From Ostreococcus lucimarinus (taxonomy: Eukaryota), in assembly GCA_000092065.1 (NCBI GenBank), contig CP000581.1: 64,000 nucleotides of DNA; one strand, given 5' to 3'. Position 1 is the first letter of the stretch. Each line of letters opens with the position of its first letter. Below the pieces are notes generated by a model that saw only the letters and a program-made list of their open reading frames with translations, was not told the origin of the DNA and did no database searches. Shown here piece by piece: positions 49,431 through 58,903 of the stretch. The position numbers and the translations under genes were made by a program.

Positions 49431-49471
49431 CCGCGACTCGAACTGCCGTCGCCGTCACTCGCGCGCGCGAG

Positions 49472-49546
49472 ATGCGACCGTCGTTGTGGCTCGTCGCGCT
49501 CGGCGCGAGCGCGCTCGGCGCGCCGCGAAGGGAGTACGATCACCAG
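49472..49546 (+). CDS. Phospholipase-D-family (HKD) protein, exon 1 (signal peptide)
   Basis: ATG at 49472 encodes MRPSLWLVALGASALGAPRREYDHQ, a classic signal peptide. Then CAG|GTGCGC donor. This exon is in a different frame from the ORF-track 49375 ORF. Confidence 0.6.
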
Positions 49547-49662
49547 GTGCGCGAGCGACGCGCACGACGCGCTCGAGCGACGCGCGCGCGCGCGCGCGCG
49601 GCGCGGATTCAAAAGTGAGCACCTCTCGGTGTCTCTCGGAACTGACGACGACGCGCGCGCAG

Positions 49663-50910
49663 AACGACACGTACGCGCCGCGGTTCCGCGAGTTCGTCGC
49701 GGCGGCGGACGCGCGCGTCGGATTGACGCCGTTCTTTTCGCCGGACACGAGCGCGGACGCGAGCGCGTCGCTCGTGCGCGAGGCGAGGGAAAGCGTGGAC
49801 GTCTTCGCGCCCGCGGTGGAATCGTGGAGCGGGTGCGGCGCGACGAAATCGGGGTGCGCGGGATGCGCGCCGGACCGCGTTCGCGCGAACGAAGCGTTCG
49901 TGTTGTTTCGAGAGCTGCTGAACGCGGCGCATCGAGGCGTGCGGGTGCGGTTGTTGACGAATCGGTTCGATAGCGTTCGAGAGTGTGCGGGCGCGGTTTC
50001 CGTGCTGAGCTACTTCGCGGAGAATTTCGACGTGCGCACGTACACCAGTACGACGTTCATGCACGCGAAGGCGATGATCGTCGATAATAACGTCACCGCG
50101 ATAAGCTCGGTAAACTGGTCGAAGTCGAGTTACTTGGAAAACAGAGAAGCCGGCGTCGTCGCGAGAAGTAAGAGCGTCGCGGAATTCGCGGGCGAGGTGT
50201 TTGAATACGACTGGAGCGTAGCCGAAGTTTGGCGAATGCCGGCAAACGATGGAATCAGCGAGGATGAGATTCAACGAATGAAATCGAGCGAGTGGCTCGA
50301 GCCTTTTCCGATACCATCGAGAAACATCTCCGCGCCGCATTACTCGCCGAAGAAACTGCGTGAGACGTGGTGTAAGGGCGCCGCGGTCAAGGTGAGTGTG
50401 AGCCCAGACGCAGGCGCGGCGACCATGCTCGAGGCGATGAACGCAAGTGCGACGCTGGACATTTACACATACCAAATTACGGACGATTTCTTCGCGTCAA
50501 GGCTATTGAAACTGGCTGATGCCGGCGTAATCGTGCGAATCGTGTTGTCGCGCGCCATCTTTTCCGACGTCGATAGAAAGCTATCCGCAAGTCTCGTCGA
50601 CAAGATGCGCGAGAATGAAAAAATCGTATTTCGCTCATCGCCGCGATATTATCGTTACGCACATTTGAAGATTATGATCGTGGATCGTGGACGCGAGGGT
50701 GAACGCGTCGTCTTGGCGACGGGAAATTTGTCGCCAAGCGATTTGCCGCTCCCAGTCCGTCCATTTCTCCCGTTGCACAAGGGCGGTGCATCCATCAACC
50801 GTGACTTCGAGATCGTGATGCACGACGCAAATATTGTGGAACAGTTTCAAAACTTATTCGACGGAGATATGGCGTACACCTCGCCGTATCGCCGACCGTC
50901 GAAGTTCTGA
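49663..50910 (+). CDS. Phospholipase-D-family protein, exon 2 (two HKD motifs)
   Basis: Acceptor gcgcgcag at 49660-49662, 16 nt after ACTGACG at 49641. Two HxKxxxxD motifs (FMHAKAMIVDNNVTAISSVNWSKSS and YAHLKIMIVDRGREGERVVLATGNLSPSD). The 116-bp intron removes the apparent overlap with the p27-like gene. Confidence 0.7.
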   Translation, partial: NDTYAPRFREFVAAADARVGLTPFFSPDTSADASASLVREARESVDVFAPAVESWSGCGATKSGCAGCAPDRVRANEAFVLFRELLNAAHRGVRVRLLTNRFDSVRECAGAVSVLSYFAENFDVRTYTSTTFMHAKAMIVDNNVTAISSVNWSKSSYLENREAGVVARSKSVAEFAGEVFEYDWSVAEVWRMPANDGISEDEIQRMKSSEWLEPFPIPSRNISAPHYSPKKLRETWCKGAAVKVSVSPDAGAATMLEAMNASATLDIYTYQITDDFFASRLLKLADAGVIVRIVLSRAIFSDVDRKLSASLVDKMRENEKIVFRSSPRYYRYAHLKIMIVDRGREGERVVLATGNLSPSDLPLPVRPFLPLHKGGASINRDFEIVMHDANIVEQFQNLFDGDMAYTSPYRRPSKF

Positions 50911-51019
50911 GGAGAAAGTTTTAGTACGGTTTTAGTACGCCTAAACACGTAGTAACAATCAATGCTGCGGTTGTAGCTATGCGCAGCGACTATAGAAATG
51001 GTAAAATACAGCAACGACA

Positions 51020-51655
51020 TTATGACGACTTGACCGCACGCTTCTCCCTCTCCTCCATCTTATGCATCACTTTGCGCGTAGCAATCAACCCGATAATCAA
51101 CCCACACCCGACGACGAGCAACCCTCGGCTCCCTCTGCTAACCTTGCCTTCGACAATTCCAGCCCCCAAAGCGCTCTTCACGGACGACACCGTGTTCGAC
51201 TTTGCCGCTCTCCTCGCCGCGAGTAACTCTTCCAGCGTCTGATGCGCCTCAGCGTCGAACGCCCGTCCCGACGCACGCCGCTGCGTCCCGCTCGCCGCCG
51301 CGTTGATTTCATTCCACTCCCTCGCCGGTGCTACCCCGGACGACTTCATCGCGCTTCGCTCACGCCACGCTCGCGCGGCATCTAACCTCGCGCGCATCCC
51401 GGGGCCGTAGACTTCGTCTTGAGGATCCGCCTCGGCGCCGCGACGTTTCAAAAGTGCTTCATAGGCAGCCTTGAGGGCGTGAAACTCTTCCTCCGTCGTG
51501 GTGCCGTCGCTCGTGTCGGGATGAAGCACGCGCGCGCGCGCGCGAAACGCCTTTTTTATTTCATCCACGGCTGCGCCTTTGGCGACGCCGAGGACGACGT
51601 GGGGGTCGTCCGCCTTCGGCATAGCGCTCCGGGCAGTGACGCGCGGGAGCGACAT
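51020..51655 (-). CDS. Tail-anchored J-domain protein
   Basis: True ATG at 51655. J domain DPHVVLGVAKGAAVDEIKKAFRARARVLHPDTSDG (HPD present). C-terminal TM (LLVVGCGLIIGLIATRKVM). Confidence 0.7.
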   Translation of the reverse strand: MSLPRVTARSAMPKADDPHVVLGVAKGAAVDEIKKAFRARARVLHPDTSDGTTTEEEFHALKAAYEALLKRRGAEADPQDEVYGPGMRARLDAARAWRERSAMKSSGVAPAREWNEINAAASGTQRRASGRAFDAEAHQTLEELLAARRAAKSNTVSSVKSALGAGIVEGKVSRGSRGLLVVGCGLIIGLIATRKVMHKMEEREKRAVKSS

Positions 51656-51794
51656 CGGGCATCTTCCGAATCATTCGCGTCGATCCTGACGACGTTGAAG
51701 AGGACGAGTTGCTAACGAGTATAATCCAAAGTGTCTAATCCTAATCCTAGTCGCGCGCGCTGAGTCGCGCGCGATGTCGCCTTAAACGAACTCT

Positions 51795-52730
51795 CTACAG
51801 AGCGCTCATACCGAAACGCTCGCGCAAATATTCGGCGACGACGAACGTCACCACTGTTTGCGGTCCGAGTCGCATGTAATTCGCGCTGAAGCCCCTAAAT
51901 AATCCAAACGGGCCGTACCGAGCGAGAACGTCGACGAGCGTGCCTCTGACCGTCGGCGCGTTCGCGCCGCCGCTTGCCGCAGCGTTCGCGACGTACAGCC
52001 GCGTCTTCAGCATATCCACTGGATTCGTCGTCGCCGTCGTCACCACCCCCGTCAACATCGCCACCGCGAAGTGCAATCGCCACTTCGCGCCGTCGGCGTC
52101 GACGAGCCCGAGGTCGACGACGCGACGTTTCACCTCCCCGTACGTCGCCACCTGCGTCGCCGTGAGCACCGCGGACCTCATCATCGCCAACCCGCTCCCG
52201 CGCCAAAGCCCACCCACGCCGCCCTCGCGCACGACCGCTCGCAAGTGTCCCACCAACGTCGTCGACGCCCCCGCCTCGGTCTGCATGCGCGTCTTGAGCA
52301 ATTCCGTTGGATTCAGCGCCGCCGCCGCGAACGCTCCGCTCGCCGCCCCCGCGAGCAGTCTCGTCGCCACCCTCGGCGCGCCCTCGCGCTCGCGCTCCAC
52401 CGCGGGCGCCACCACTCGCAGCATCGGATCGTACAGCCCCAATCGGCACCCCCCGTACAGCGCCGCGCGCGTCAGCGCCGGCGAAATCCCTCGCCAAAAC
52501 GTCCCCAGTCCCTCCCTTCGCCCGACGTCGAGCGCCGTCCCCACGAGCGCGCCCGCGCGCCTTCGCGCGCTCGTCTGCATGCGCACCTTGATCACGTCCA
52601 GCGGGTTCGTCACCGTCGTCGCGCACATCACCGCGACGCCGCTGACGGCGACGTTCGCGGCGACGCCCGGCTCGACGCCATCGCGAGGCCGCATTGTGAC
52701 GCGTCGCGTCGCGCCGCCGCGCGCCGCCAT
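51795..52730 (-). CDS. Mitochondrial carrier family protein (UCP/dicarboxylate-carrier-like)
   Basis: Internal ATG at 52730 (alternative ATG at 52694). Carrier signatures PLDVIKVRMQ, PTELLKTRMQ and PVDMLKTRLY in three repeats. The ORF's 5' read-through overlaps the GCNA-like gene and is rejected. Confidence 0.75.
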   Translation of the reverse strand: MAARGGATRRVTMRPRDGVEPGVAANVAVSGVAVMCATTVTNPLDVIKVRMQTSARRRAGALVGTALDVGRREGLGTFWRGISPALTRAALYGGCRLGLYDPMLRVVAPAVEREREGAPRVATRLLAGAASGAFAAAALNPTELLKTRMQTEAGASTTLVGHLRAVVREGGVGGLWRGSGLAMMRSAVLTATQVATYGEVKRRVVDLGLVDADGAKWRLHFAVAMLTGVVTTATTNPVDMLKTRLYVANAAASGGANAPTVRGTLVDVLARYGPFGLFRGFSANYMRLGPQTVVTFVVAEYLRERFGMSAL

Positions 52731-55353
52731 GTCGGACCTGTTCGCCAGGCTCAGCGCGCAGAAACCGCGCGAGCGCGCGCGTCGCGCGTCCGGCGCGCTC
52801 TCGCGATCGACGCGCGAAGCGGCGCGCGACGGCGGCGACGCGACGGTTGATGTCGAAGCGACGCCGTCGGCGTCGACGCGAAAGCGCGCGCTCGGACCGT
52901 CGGTGTCCATCGTCGGCGACGCGCCGTCGGACGAGGTGGTGTCGAAAGCGGTGCCGGTGCCGCGAACGGCGTCGACGGGGCGACCGCCGCTGCGAGCGGT
53001 GGGCGTGAACGGACGGACGAGCGCGGGGACGACGCGCGAGGGGAACAAACGCGGCGACGCGAGGAGCGAGAGCGAGAGCGACGGGGAGACGAGCGGTGAT
53101 TTGATGTTCGACGCGGAGAGAAGCCGAACGTCGTCGATGTCCGCGGGATCGACGCGCGAGGAGGAGGATCGAGCGACGGAACCGCTGCCGAGGAAGACGA
53201 ACGCGAGGCGGACGACGCGAACGCCGGTGACGACGGCGCGGTTCGACGAACAGTTGAAGCTCGCGGAGGCGACGAAACGGTGCCTGAGGGAGACGATGGT
53301 TTCTATTCGTGCGAATGGTCTCGATCCAGCGCGCGTGTTCGCGTCGTTGGCGAAACAGACGCCGGGAGGTGGTGGTTCGTTCGAGGCGTTGGCGCGCGCC
53401 ATCGACGCGCTGTCGCCGACAAAGCCGACGAAGGGGAAGCGCTTGAGCTTTTCTACGGCGGAGACGCAGACGCCGGTGACAGTGATGCGAGACGCGGCCT
53501 GTGATGTGAGCGAAGATGCCAGTTTTGATTCGGCGGGCGAAAGTTTCGAGGCGACGGCGGAAGAAGAGGAAGTTGTCGAAGAGGAAGGGACTTTTCCGAC
53601 GTGCGATTGCGGCGCGGCGGACTGTACTTTGGTGAAAATGCACGCGCGCGGCGGGCCTTTCGCGCTCTTAGATCACACTCGAACGGTTTCGTCGATCGAG
53701 TCCGAATCCATCGCGGAGACGGATGACGAAAACGACGCCGACGACGAATCGGTGGCTGGAACGGAGGTCGACGACTTGGACGATTTAGACGACGCCATGG
53801 ACGCGCTCGATTTGAACACTCGAAAGGATGACCTCGACGAAGATCAGACGGCTTTGACTGAGTCAGAAGTCGTTGAAGATGAAACGATCGAACCCATCGT
53901 GAAGTTCGGGACGCATATACGATTCGACGATTCGATCGTCGTCGATTCACCTCAAGTTGCCGGTGGTCGCGACGAAGTTGAAGCTTTGAAAGGTGAGCCG
54001 GAGTTGCCTACCGCGAAGATCGAAAATCACGTTCGATTCGAAGATTCAACTGCTTCAGATTCACCTGCCGTCGCTAGCGTTCGTCGTCCACGAGCGCGCG
54101 AGAGACGGCGCAAGGTTATTCTTGACAGCGACGCCGAGGACGAGAGCGAGTCGGACGAAGTCACGCTCAACGACGACGACAATGATGACGATGAAGCATC
54201 GGAAGAAGATCAGGACGCACCCGTGGTGAATACGCGACCACGCCGCATCGCAGCGCGGAAGCCACTCGTGCCTCGCAACGCTTTCGTGGACGATGATTTA
54301 TCCGGAAGTGAAGATTTTGATGACATCGATGACGAACTTCACTCTAGCGACGATGATTTCATCGACGACGACGACGACTCGTACGCGGATGATGATGCGG
54401 TGGAATACGACAGTGACGAAGAAAACGTGACACCAGTGCCGCGAAAGCCATCAAGTAAGATTGACGTGGCTAAGGAAATGAACGATAAGCTCGTCATCGA
54501 CGAGTACAGCCCGTCGAATCTGCACACGCCGACGCCACCAAAGGAGCTCTCGCCGACGTCTGCAGTGAAAGCGTTCAGACCACCACCTTCGCACAGTAAG
54601 GCTCTTCAGTCTGCGATTAAGAGCGTGACCAAGAATGGTGTTCAAAAGTTGAACTTTAATCGAGACAAGGACGCCATCACCGCTGCGCTATTCGCAGAGT
54701 TCAACGAAAAGGTGTTCGATGCCGAGCTTCCGTCGGACTTTGAAGTGACGTGGAACAAGAAGCTGCTGACCACGGCGGGCCTGACACATTACAAACGTTC
54801 AACGAAATCTGGTGAGACAACGTACAGCGCGCGCATCGAACTATCCAACAAGGTGCTGGACACAGTTGAAAAACTCGAATCCACGTTGCTCCACGAGATG
54901 TGTCACGCCTCCGCTTGGCTCGTCGACAAGACCGCGAAACCACCTCACGGGCCGGTGTTTAAGAAGTGGGCTAGTCAAGCGATGAAAGTTTATCCCGAGA
55001 CGAACGTCAGTACGTGCCACGCGTACACGATCCATCAGCCGTACAAATGGCGTTGCACCAGAGACTGGTGTCAACAAGAGTACGGCCGTCACAGCAAGTC
55101 AATCGATATCACGAAAAAGGCGTGTGGTGCGTGCGGGGGGAAGTTGGAGTACCTTGGCAAGTTCAAGAAGAATGGGGACGAAGTAGCCGCTCGAGCACCG
55201 ACGGCTTTTTCGTTGTTCGTGAAGGAGCACTTCAAATCCACCAAGAACGCTCTCGGCGCTTCGACTCCGCACAAAGACGTCATGAAACATTTATCACAGC
55301 GATGGAAAAATGAAACGGGCAAAGACGAAGTGATTGAACTCACCGACGAATGA
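52729..55353 (+). CDS. GCNA: GCNA/ACRC-like protein: long acidic disordered region, SprT-like zinc metalloprotease domain, zinc finger and C-terminal HMG box
   Basis: SprT motif STLLHEMCHASAWL (HExxH). C4-type finger ...CQQEYGRHSKSIDITKKACGACGG. HMG-box-like tail PTAFSLFVKEHFKSTKNALGASTPHKDVMKHLSQRWKNET. About 700 aa of Asp/Glu/Ser-rich disorder precedes the domain. ATG at 52729. Confidence 0.7.
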   Translation: MSDLFARLSAQKPRERARRASGALSRSTREAARDGGDATVDVEATPSASTRKRALGPSVSIVGDAPSDEVVSKAVPVPRTASTGRPPLRAVGVNGRTSAGTTREGNKRGDARSESESDGETSGDLMFDAERSRTSSMSAGSTREEEDRATEPLPRKTNARRTTRTPVTTARFDEQLKLAEATKRCLRETMVSIRANGLDPARVFASLAKQTPGGGGSFEALARAIDALSPTKPTKGKRLSFSTAETQTPVTVMRDAACDVSEDASFDSAGESFEATAEEEEVVEEEGTFPTCDCGAADCTLVKMHARGGPFALLDHTRTVSSIESESIAETDDENDADDESVAGTEVDDLDDLDDAMDALDLNTRKDDLDEDQTALTESEVVEDETIEPIVKFGTHIRFDDSIVVDSPQVAGGRDEVEALKGEPELPTAKIENHVRFEDSTASDSPAVASVRRPRARERRRKVILDSDAEDESESDEVTLNDDDNDDDEASEEDQDAPVVNTRPRRIAARKPLVPRNAFVDDDLSGSEDFDDIDDELHSSDDDFIDDDDDSYADDDAVEYDSDEENVTPVPRKPSSKIDVAKEMNDKLVIDEYSPSNLHTPTPPKELSPTSAVKAFRPPPSHSKALQSAIKSVTKNGVQKLNFNRDKDAITAALFAEFNEKVFDAELPSDFEVTWNKKLLTTAGLTHYKRSTKSGETTYSARIELSNKVLDTVEKLESTLLHEMCHASAWLVDKTAKPPHGPVFKKWASQAMKVYPETNVSTCHAYTIHQPYKWRCTRDWCQQEYGRHSKSIDITKKACGACGGKLEYLGKFKKNGDEVAARAPTAFSLFVKEHFKSTKNALGASTPHKDVMKHLSQRWKNETGKDEVIELTDE

Positions 55354-55597
55354 TGACATGATGACTCAGAAATTCGCTCGCGAGCACAGAGCGCGCGACA
55401 GGTGTCCGTTCGTTGTAGAACACGAGCGTAGAGGGTCGGCGCGGAATGATAGCGTGAATAGCATTCGATAAACATTGAAACAAAGATTGATAATCAAGCA
55501 TCCAGGTCCTCGTAACACGTAAGGTACCACATCGGAGCATCGGATGCAACATGAATGAATGGCGTCTAGTGGAGCGCTCTAATAAAAGAATCTATGA

Positions 55598-56191
55598 TCA
55601 CATCGCCGGAACTTGGAAGTCTGACGCGTTCGGCGGCACGGCGCGACGAGTGACGGTTTGGATAACTTGACGAAGCATTTGGTTCTCTCTTTCCAGAGTC
55701 GTCACGCGGTTTTCCAACTCGTGCAATCGGTTCGCCTTTTGCGCCTCCGTTTGTTCCAAAGACGCGAGATACGCCTTTTTCCGTTCTCGCGCTTGCTGCG
55801 CCGACACGCGGTTTCGCAACAAACGCTTGAGCCGTTTTCTCTCCTTCTCATCCGTGATCGTGTTCAATCGTTCCTCGTCCGCCTTCACGCTCAGCGCCGT
55901 GTTCCCGTGCGGAATGTGCATCGAGTTTCGTCCGACGTACCCCATCCCGAACCCACCCTGATTCGCCGCCGCCCGTCCCCCTCGCGCCGTCGGCTTGCTC
56001 ACCGCCCCGCTCGGCGGCGTCCCGCTCCCTCGCGCCCCCGCCCCCGCGCGCTTCGCCCGTCCGCTCCCGCCGCTCCCCGCCGTCATTCCGGTCGACGTGC
56101 TCGCGCTCGACGTCTGATTCACCGCCTGAAACGTCTGAAACGTCGACGTGAACGCGCTCCGCTCCGTGCTTCGCGCGCCCACCAGTGGCAT
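55598..56191 (-). CDS. HY5: bZIP transcription factor, HY5-like
   Basis: True ATG at 56191. Basic region and leucine zipper [63 protein letters not shown], close to the HY5/HYH basic-region consensus. Confidence 0.7.
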   Translation of the reverse strand: MPLVGARSTERSAFTSTFQTFQAVNQTSSASTSTGMTAGSGGSGRAKRAGAGARGSGTPPSGAVSKPTARGGRAAANQGGFGMGYVGRNSMHIPHGNTALSVKADEERLNTITDEKERKRLKRLLRNRVSAQQARERKKAYLASLEQTEAQKANRLHELENRVTTLERENQMLRQVIQTVTRRAVPPNASDFQVPAM

Positions 56192-56392
56192 TTACGTGCG
56201 CGTCCCGCGCGCGTCGTCGCGTCGTCGTCGCGTCCGCCGTCGCGCGTCCGTCTTTGCGCGCGTCGAGGCGAGCGCGCGTTCGCGTCTTTGCGCGCGTCGA
56301 GGCGCGCGTGCGGGCGCGCGTCGGTCGGCGCCGCGCGTCGTCGTGTGCGCGCGTCGCGCCGAGGGCGTGACGTCATCGCGCGTCGACGTCGC

Positions 56393-56412
56393 GAGATCGA
56401 GATCGAGATCGC
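56393..56412. repeat. (GAGATC)n short tandem repeat upstream of the HY5-like gene
   Basis: gagatcgagatcgagatcgc at 56393-56412. Confidence 0.7.
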
Positions 56413-56594
56413 GACCGGGATGGGAGACGGGACACCTCCGGGGTCCGCGAAACAGTGTTTAGATTACAGGCTATGAAGGACGCGACGCGCGCGAACGAGC
56501 GAGGACGCGCCGGAGACGCGATGGTCGGCGGGTCCTCGCGCGCGCGCGCGCGAGGACGTCGAGGGCGGGAACTAGAGTGGGACGCGCGAGACGC

Positions 56595-57029
56595 CTAGTA
56601 GGCGGCGACGCCGTAGATTGGGCCTCGAATGCGTCGAGCGAGCTGCAAATCCTTGGGCATGATGGTCACGCGCTTGGCGTGAATCGCGCAAAGGTTGCAG
56701 TCCTCGAAAAGATGCACCAAAAAGTCCTCCGTGGCCTCCTGTAACGCTAACAAACTCTCCGCCGTGTAACGCAACGGTTCGGGCGAGAGCTCGTTTGAAA
56801 TCTCTCGAACCTGCGAGTCGAGGGGAAAGCGAGGTTCGTCAGTGTCTGAGAGCGCGTCGGTCGAGCGCGGCGAGACGACGTTCGAATCGTTTACACCGTC
56901 TCGCGCGATGAAACGCACCAATCGCGCGAACGGCATCTTCCGAATCAACAAATCCGTCGTCTTCTGAAACCTCCTAATCTCCTTTAGCGCCAACGTCCCC
57001 GGGCGATAACGCCGCTTCTTCTTGTCTAA
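56595..57029 (-). CDS. CENH3: Centromeric histone H3 variant (CENH3/CENP-A-like), exon 2 (histone fold)
   Basis: [33 protein letters not shown]...[31 protein letters not shown] is an H3 fold, with a roughly 35-aa expanded loop 1 typical of CENH3. Minus-strand ACTGAC at 57073-57068, then gcgcagag acceptor at 57032-57030. The ORF-track MGKDELRF... start is a GTG inside the intron. Confidence 0.7.
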   Translation of the reverse strand, partial: LDKKKRRYRPGTLALKEIRRFQKTTDLLIRKMPFARLVRFIARDGVNDSNVVSPRSTDALSDTDEPRFPLDSQVREISNELSPEPLRYTAESLLALQEATEDFLVHLFEDCNLCAIHAKRVTIMPKDLQLARRIRGPIYGVAAY

Positions 57030-57475
57030 CTCTGCGCGCGAGGGAAAACGCGCATCACGCACCGCAGTCAGTCTTACGAACACTTCGCGCGCGCGCGCGC
57101 GCCGTCGGGACGCGCCGCGCGCGGCGACGAGGCGAACGAGCGCCGTCGCGGACCCTTCGGACTCCAACAGCCATTGAAATTTCAAAAATCTCAATTCATC
57201 CTTTCCCACGCGTGCGCCTTCTCAACGCCCCCACGCGCGCGCGCGTCGACCCCGAACGTCACATACCTTGTCGCTCCGCGCCATCCGCGCCCGATAATCG
57301 CCGCTGCGGCGCCTGCGTCGCGCAAAGTCACATAAATCGTCAGCGCGTTTCAAGTTTGAAAATCGCATTCGCCACCGCGCCTCGCCGCGCCCCTCTCCGC
57401 GCGTCCGCGTCGCCGCGCACCGCCGCGGAGGTTTCAAGCGTCACCCGCGCGCCTTCGCTCGCGTCGCTCGCGCAC

Positions 57476-57508
57476 CTTGAACCGTTTCCCGTGGAGTCGT
57501 CGCGCCAT
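57476..57508 (-). CDS. CENH3: CENH3-like histone, exon 1 (MARRLHGKRFK; an upstream ATG at 57619 would extend the tail)
   Basis: ATG at 57508 encodes an H3-like N-terminus (MARRLHGKRFK) ending AAG|GTGCGCGAG (donor at 57475). A phase-0 junction to exon 2 gives ...[16 protein letters not shown]. The implied intron, 57030-57475 (446 bp), is the longest in the window. Confidence 0.45.
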
Positions 57509-57627
57509 ATCGGCGCGAGTCGTCGAGTGCGGCGCCGCAGACGCGCGCGCGCGACGCCTCGATCGCGCCGCACGCCCCGCACGCGCGCGAGAATCGGTGA
57601 ACGGGACGAAGGAAGACATCGCGCGCC

Positions 57628-57681
57628 ATGGCGAACGCCACGGATCCGCTGGCGAAGACCGTGCGCGGGATGGACCCGCAG
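57628..57681 (+). CDS. PRP38: PRP38 pre-mRNA splicing factor, exon 1
   Basis: MANATDPLAKTVRGMDPQ matches the PRP38 N-terminus as recalled from memory (MANRTDPLAKNIHGTNPQ). Ends CAG|GTGCGT. Confidence 0.8.
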
Positions 57682-57808
57682 GTGCGTCGCGCGCGGCGGC
57701 GCGGATTCGCTCGAAACGACGCGCGAAACGCGCGAAACGCGCGTTCGCGAGGCGACCAGAGACGCGAGACTGACGATGCGATTCGCGCGCTCGTTTTCGT
57801 CGACGCAG

Positions 57809-58855
57809 AATATCATGGAGCGCATCACGCGCGATAAGGTGTACGCGATGACGTACTGGAAGGAGAAGTGTTTCGCGGTGAGCGCCGAGGCGCTCGTGGA
57901 CTTGGCGGTGGATTTACGCGCGGTGGGGGGAATATACGGCGGGAACAATCGAGCGACGGAGTTTCTGTGTCTCACGCTGAAGCTGTTGCAGATTCAGCCC
58001 GAAAAAGAGATCATATTGGAGTTCATAAAGAACGAAGACCACAAGTACGTGCGGTTGCTCGGGGCGTTTTATCTGCGCTTGGTCGGAAAGCCGACGGATG
58101 TATACCAGTATCTCGAGCCTTTATTGAACGATTACAGGAAGGTTCGGTATCGCAGCCGAGATGGCAAGTACGTGCTGACGCACGTGGACGAGTTTGTGAA
58201 CAACTTGTTGACGAAAGATATGTTTTGCGACGTCGCGTTGCCGCGGGTGCCGCATCGACAGGCGCTCGAAGCCGCGGGATCGCTCGAACCGCGCGTGAGC
58301 GCGTTAGAAACCGACGTGAAAGATTTAGAAGAGCAGTTGGAGAATGCGGTGGAGGAGGCGATCGGGCGCGAGATGCGGATGGACGTCGACGGGGACGACG
58401 ACGAGTTGGACACGACGGCGACACGAGACGCCGCCGGTAAGCGCCCACGTGAGGAGGATGAAGAGGGCGAGCTAGCGAACGCCTCCACGCCAGCGGCCAA
58501 AGTGAACCGGCGGCAACCAGTCGATCTTCACGATGAAGGAAACGCGCGCCATCGTTCGAGGTCGCCGCAGCGTCGCGGCGGCGGTGGCGACTACGGCGAG
58601 CGTCGCGGCGGCGGCGTGAGAGGGTTGTCGCGAGATCGCGGCGGAAATCGCGGTGATCGCGGCGAACATGCGCGCCCAGGCGATCATCGCGCTGATTACT
58701 TTCGCGAGTCTGAAAAAAAGGAAAAGAAAGAGAAGAAAGAGAAGAAGGAAAAGAAGGAAAAGAAGGAAAAGAAACCCGCCGCCGAGGTCGACCCAGAAAT
58801 CGCGGAGGCGAACGCCATTCGCGCCAAGCTCGGGTTAAAGCCCGTGCGAGGTTGA
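57809..58855 (+). CDS. PRP38: PRP38 pre-mRNA splicing factor, exon 2 (PRP38 domain and charged K/E/R-rich tail)
   Basis: Acceptor acgcag at 57806-57808, then NIMERITRDKVYAMTYWKEKCFAVSAEALVDLAVDLRAVGGIYGGNNRATEFLCLTLKLLQIQPEKEI..., the PRP38 domain. The 127-bp intron has ACTGAC 34 nt before the acceptor. The C-terminus has (EKK)n. Confidence 0.8.
   Translation, partial: NIMERITRDKVYAMTYWKEKCFAVSAEALVDLAVDLRAVGGIYGGNNRATEFLCLTLKLLQIQPEKEIILEFIKNEDHKYVRLLGAFYLRLVGKPTDVYQYLEPLLNDYRKVRYRSRDGKYVLTHVDEFVNNLLTKDMFCDVALPRVPHRQALEAAGSLEPRVSALETDVKDLEEQLENAVEEAIGREMRMDVDGDDDELDTTATRDAAGKRPREEDEEGELANASTPAAKVNRRQPVDLHDEGNARHRSRSPQRRGGGGDYGERRGGGVRGLSRDRGGNRGDRGEHARPGDHRADYFRESEKKEKKEKKEKKEKKEKKEKKPAAEVDPEIAEANAIRAKLGLKPVRG
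58718..58772. repeat. In-frame (GAAAAG/AAGGAA)n repeat encoding the (KEKKEK)n tail of PRP38
   Basis: gaaaaaaaggaaaagaaagagaagaaagagaagaaggaaaagaaggaaaagaaggaaaagaaa. Confidence 0.8.
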
Positions 58856-58903
58856 AAAACGTGCCAGCGTAGAGCAATAGCCGAGCAGACGTAGCGCGCG
58901 AGT

